From the IMG/VR virus record IMGVR_UViG_3300028179_000157: 20,000 bases of DNA, one strand, 5' to 3'. The notes under the pieces were generated by a model that saw only the letters and a program-made list of their open reading frames with translations, was not told the DNA's origin and did not search any database. This document shows positions 17,932 through 20,000 of the stretch, one piece after another (the first letter of the stretch is position 1; every line of letters begins with the position of its first letter). The position numbers were made by a program, and so were the translations under genes. This DNA comes from an uncultured virus (IMG/VR IMGVR_UViG_3300028179_000157). Its lineage: Duplodnaviria > Heunggongvirae > Uroviricota > Caudoviricetes.

Positions 17932-18807
17932 ATGTCGTATCAGCAGAAGAAGCTCAAGGACTGGACCGATGCCGATTTCAAGGCCTGGTCGCAGGCCGGC
18001 GCCGAGAATGTCAACGGCACCAAGAACACCGTCATCTTCAACCGTGCCCGCGGCCGCTTCGAAGGCGCAGCTGATCTGGATGATGCCGCACTGATCGGCC
18101 TGCTGAGCCAGCTGGAAATCGAAGGCGAGGCTCCGGTTGCCGAAGTCGCCTCGGCCAGCGAAGAAGACGCCGGCCCGTCCGAAACCGTCGAAGGCGTCGT
18201 GCTCGACGAAGCTCCGACTGCCGAAGAAACCGAAGCTGCCGAGCGTGTCGACAGCGTCGTGGAAACCCCGGTCAACACCCGCGCTGAACTGGACGCCGTG
18301 CCCGACGACATCGCCGGCCCGAACACCCCGACCCCGCGCGTTGCCACGGTGAAGGAAAACGTGTTCACCCCGATGGGCAAGCTGACCACCGACGTGCTGG
18401 TGCGCAGCGAGCTGGAGACCTACCTGAAGGAAATGGCTCCGGGCAAGGCCGTCAGCGCTGACCGCGTGGTCGAACTGCAGCTGCGCCTGTGGCGCGTCAT
18501 CAAGCGCGTGCTGAGCTCCAACGGTAGCGACTTCAGCGCCAGCTTCGGCTACATGCTGCAGGTCTTCGCCGAGAACGACACCAAGCACTTCCACGTCGAC
18601 CGCATCATGCGTGGCTTCAACCGCATCGGCGCCCGCCTGCCGGCCCGCGAGTTCAACGCGTTCCGCAACATGCTGGACACGATGAAGCTGCTGGGCAATC
18701 CGGCCACCCGCAAGATCACCCTGACGCAGACCGATCTGCCGTACGCTCTGCGCCATCTGGGCGATGAAGAGCAGGGCAAGGTCCGCGCGTACTTCGAAGG
18801 CCTGTAA
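17932..18807 (+). CDS. Conserved jumbo-phage hypothetical protein (291 aa) with an acidic linker and helical C-terminal domain
   Basis: GAGG RBS, very strong codon bias suggesting high expression, TATG at 17880 upstream, and a following hairpin. Confidence 0.8.
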   Translation: MSYQQKKLKDWTDADFKAWSQAGAENVNGTKNTVIFNRARGRFEGAADLDDAALIGLLSQLEIEGEAPVAEVASASEEDAGPSETVEGVVLDEAPTAEETEAAERVDSVVETPVNTRAELDAVPDDIAGPNTPTPRVATVKENVFTPMGKLTTDVLVRSELETYLKEMAPGKAVSADRVVELQLRLWRVIKRVLSSNGSDFSASFGYMLQVFAENDTKHFHVDRIMRGFNRIGARLPAREFNAFRNMLDTMKLLGNPATRKITLTQTDLPYALRHLGDEEQGKVRAYFEGL

Positions 18808-18820
18808 CGGGCCATGTAGC

Positions 18821-18869
18821 CTGCCTAGGAGGACTTCGGTTCTCCTAGGCAGCTATGCCCTTTATGCCG
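18821..18869 (+). terminator. Strong hairpin with cUUCGg loop after the 291-aa gene
   Basis: CTGCCTAGGAGGAC-TTCG-GTTCTCCTAGGCAG followed by CTATGCCCTTTATGCCG. Confidence 0.65.
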
Positions 18870-18871
18870 TC

Positions 18872-18903
18872 AAAATAATTTCAACCATACAACACCTACG
18901 TGA
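18872..18903 (+). promoter_or_regulatory. Candidate early (virion RNAP) promoter, copy 1
   Basis: AAAATAA-TTTCA-ACCA-TACAACAC-CTAC-GTGA; spacing is identical to copy 2. Confidence 0.55.
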
Positions 18904-18932
18904 GGTCTCAACAAAACGCAGGCCTTACTAAG

Positions 18933-18976
18933 CGGCATAAAGCCCAGGGCGCGGGAACGCCCTGGGCCGTACTGCC
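18933..18976 (+). terminator. CGGCATA-hairpin element
   Basis: CGGCATAAA-GCCCAGGGCG-CGGGAA-CGCCCTGGGC-CGTACTGCC. Confidence 0.5.
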
Positions 18977-19005
18977 TTACTTCTACTTCAATGCGGAGAA
19001 AGCGC

Positions 19006-19134
19006 ATGTCAAACAAACGTCCTCGACCCCCAAAGATTGAGTACGTCAAACCAACTAAACATCCACTGGGCCAAAAGCCCGGTAGGATCTTGAAGCAGCT
19101 CTTTCGAGCGAATGGAGGTGAGGTAGCAGCCTAA
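19006..19134 (+). CDS. Small basic Pro-rich protein, 42 aa (not in the ORF track)
   Basis: GGAG at 18995-18998, 7 nt before ATG 19006. Translates as MSNKRPRPPKIEYVKPTKHPLGQKPGRILKQLFRANGGEVAA*, followed by a hairpin at 19154-19179. Confidence 0.45.
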   Translation: MSNKRPRPPKIEYVKPTKHPLGQKPGRILKQLFRANGGEVAA

Positions 19135-19153
19135 CCGCCATTCATAGTATCGG

Positions 19154-19179
19154 CTAGGGGGTAAGAAATTACCTCCTAG
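19154..19179 (+). terminator. Hairpin with GAAA tetraloop
   Basis: CTAGGGGGTAA-GAAA-TTACCTCCTAG. Confidence 0.5.
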
Positions 19180-19202
19180 ACTACCCCTTAAAAGTCGATT
19201 CC

Positions 19203-19233
19203 AATAACTTTCACCTCTATATAACTCAGGTGA
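19203..19233 (+). promoter_or_regulatory. Candidate early (virion RNAP) promoter, copy 2
   Basis: AATAAC-TTTCA-CCTC-TATATAAC-TCAG-GTGA. The core differs by one base from the phiKZ early consensus TATATTAC and precedes the small-gene cluster. Confidence 0.65.
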
Positions 19234-19289
19234 AGAGCCACATCAATCAAAGTAATTCCCTTCCGTTAGACTCACCAAGGAGTAACATC

Positions 19290-19469
19290 ATGGACATCAG
19301 TGATAACGCAGTGAAGCTGATCGTAGCAGGTGCTGTCGTAACTGCTGCTGGTTTGGGTTATGTGACCTACAAGAAGGGTCGCAAAGATGGCGTCCGTCTG
19401 GGCGCTGCCATCCAGCTCGGGCTGTACGACGACAAGCTGCGCAAGAACAAATCCCCCAAGGCCAAGTAA
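19290..19469 (+). CDS. Small single-pass membrane protein (59 aa)
   Basis: AAGGAG RBS before ATG 19290; hydrophobic LIVAGAVVTAAGLGYVTY followed by a basic tail. Confidence 0.75.
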   Translation: MDISDNAVKLIVAGAVVTAAGLGYVTYKKGRKDGVRLGAAIQLGLYDDKLRKNKSPKAK

Positions 19470-19479
19470 GGACACTATC

Positions 19480-19683
19480 ATGATCATCGCAAAAGAAGAC
19501 GCAATCGTTGCTGGCATCTCTCTGGCTGTTGGCGTCGCTGCAGTTGGCGCTGCCATGTACTTCGAAGGCAAGGCCCGTGGCCTGCGCTCCACCGGCGCTA
19601 TCCAAGCAATGGCTGCTGGCGTTCGTGCCACGGCGGAGGCTGAAGCTGCCGCCAAGAAGCCGGCCAAGAAGACCCGTCGCTAA
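19480..19683 (+). CDS. Small single-pass membrane protein (67 aa), probable paralog of the preceding gene
   Basis: AAGGA RBS before ATG 19480; hydrophobic AIVAGISLAVGVAAVGAAMYF and a basic KKPAKKTRR tail. Confidence 0.75.
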   Translation: MIIAKEDAIVAGISLAVGVAAVGAAMYFEGKARGLRSTGAIQAMAAGVRATAEAEAAAKKPAKKTRR

Positions 19684-19752
19684 ACGCACCAAGCTGTAAA
19701 CTGCAATACGAACACCCAACCCCTTCCGCAGTACCCCTAAAGGAGCATCACC

Positions 19753-19980
19753 ATGAACTTCAAGCACACCGCTATCTTCGCCCTGCTGGTTTCCTTCTTC
19801 GGAATCATCGGCTATGGCATCGCTGACAAGGCACTGGCCTATGAGGTCTCTGTCTGCGGCACCGGCATCACCCTCGCATCCCAGCTGATGCGCGACAACA
19901 CTCCCCACTGCAGCGTGACCTCGATCGGTTTCTTCAGTGGCCACCAGTCTTCCCGGATCGTTTTCCAGGAGCAGCAGTAA
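19753..19980 (+). CDS. Small exported or membrane-anchored protein (75 aa, two Cys)
   Basis: AAGGAG RBS; N-terminal MNFKHTAIFALLVSFFGIIGYGIA with ALA-Y as a possible signal peptidase site. The stop overlaps a following ATG (TAATG at 19978-19982). Confidence 0.75.
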   Translation: MNFKHTAIFALLVSFFGIIGYGIADKALAYEVSVCGTGITLASQLMRDNTPHCSVTSIGFFSGHQSSRIVFQEQQ

Positions 19981-20000
19981 TGACCGGTATCAAAGGAACC

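Noticed and set aside
18810..19290. tRNA or other known structured RNA gene in the hairpin-rich intergenic region
   Set aside because: I could not identify a cloverleaf, a T-loop GTTCGA in proper context, or a CCA end.

Overview
This window looks like part of the conserved core of a GC-rich, phiKZ-related (Chimalliviridae-like, nucleus-forming) jumbo phage. All assignments come from recognised motifs and remembered phiKZ synteny, not from database searches. The plus-strand block contains a 5'-truncated gp68-like non-virion RNA polymerase (nvRNAP) subunit, a gp69/PicA(Imp1)-like gene broken by a -1 frame change near 2590, and a gp70-like protein with a long Arg/Asp tail. These are followed by uninterrupted nvRNAP beta-C and beta'-C subunits and an SF2 helicase. 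Two orphan genes and a DarG-like macrodomain gene come next, then a minus-strand gp78/77/76-like operon, a gp79-like gene, a virion RNAP beta'-C fragment (gp80-like), and a cluster of tiny early-type genes behind repeated promoter motifs. The top finding is a T_TTT_TTC slippery site at the end of the 568-aa gp77-like gene whose -1 frame runs open into the downstream ORF, which lacks a convincing start of its own. This predicts a programmed -1 frameshift (568 aa and 728 aa products) resembling tail-assembly-chaperone G/GT pairs. Other findings are the split PicA-like gene, the orphan DarG-like macrodomain, a family of CATA-hairpin-TATG intergenic elements, an unlisted 42-aa Pro/Lys-rich ORF and a pair of paralogous membrane microproteins.
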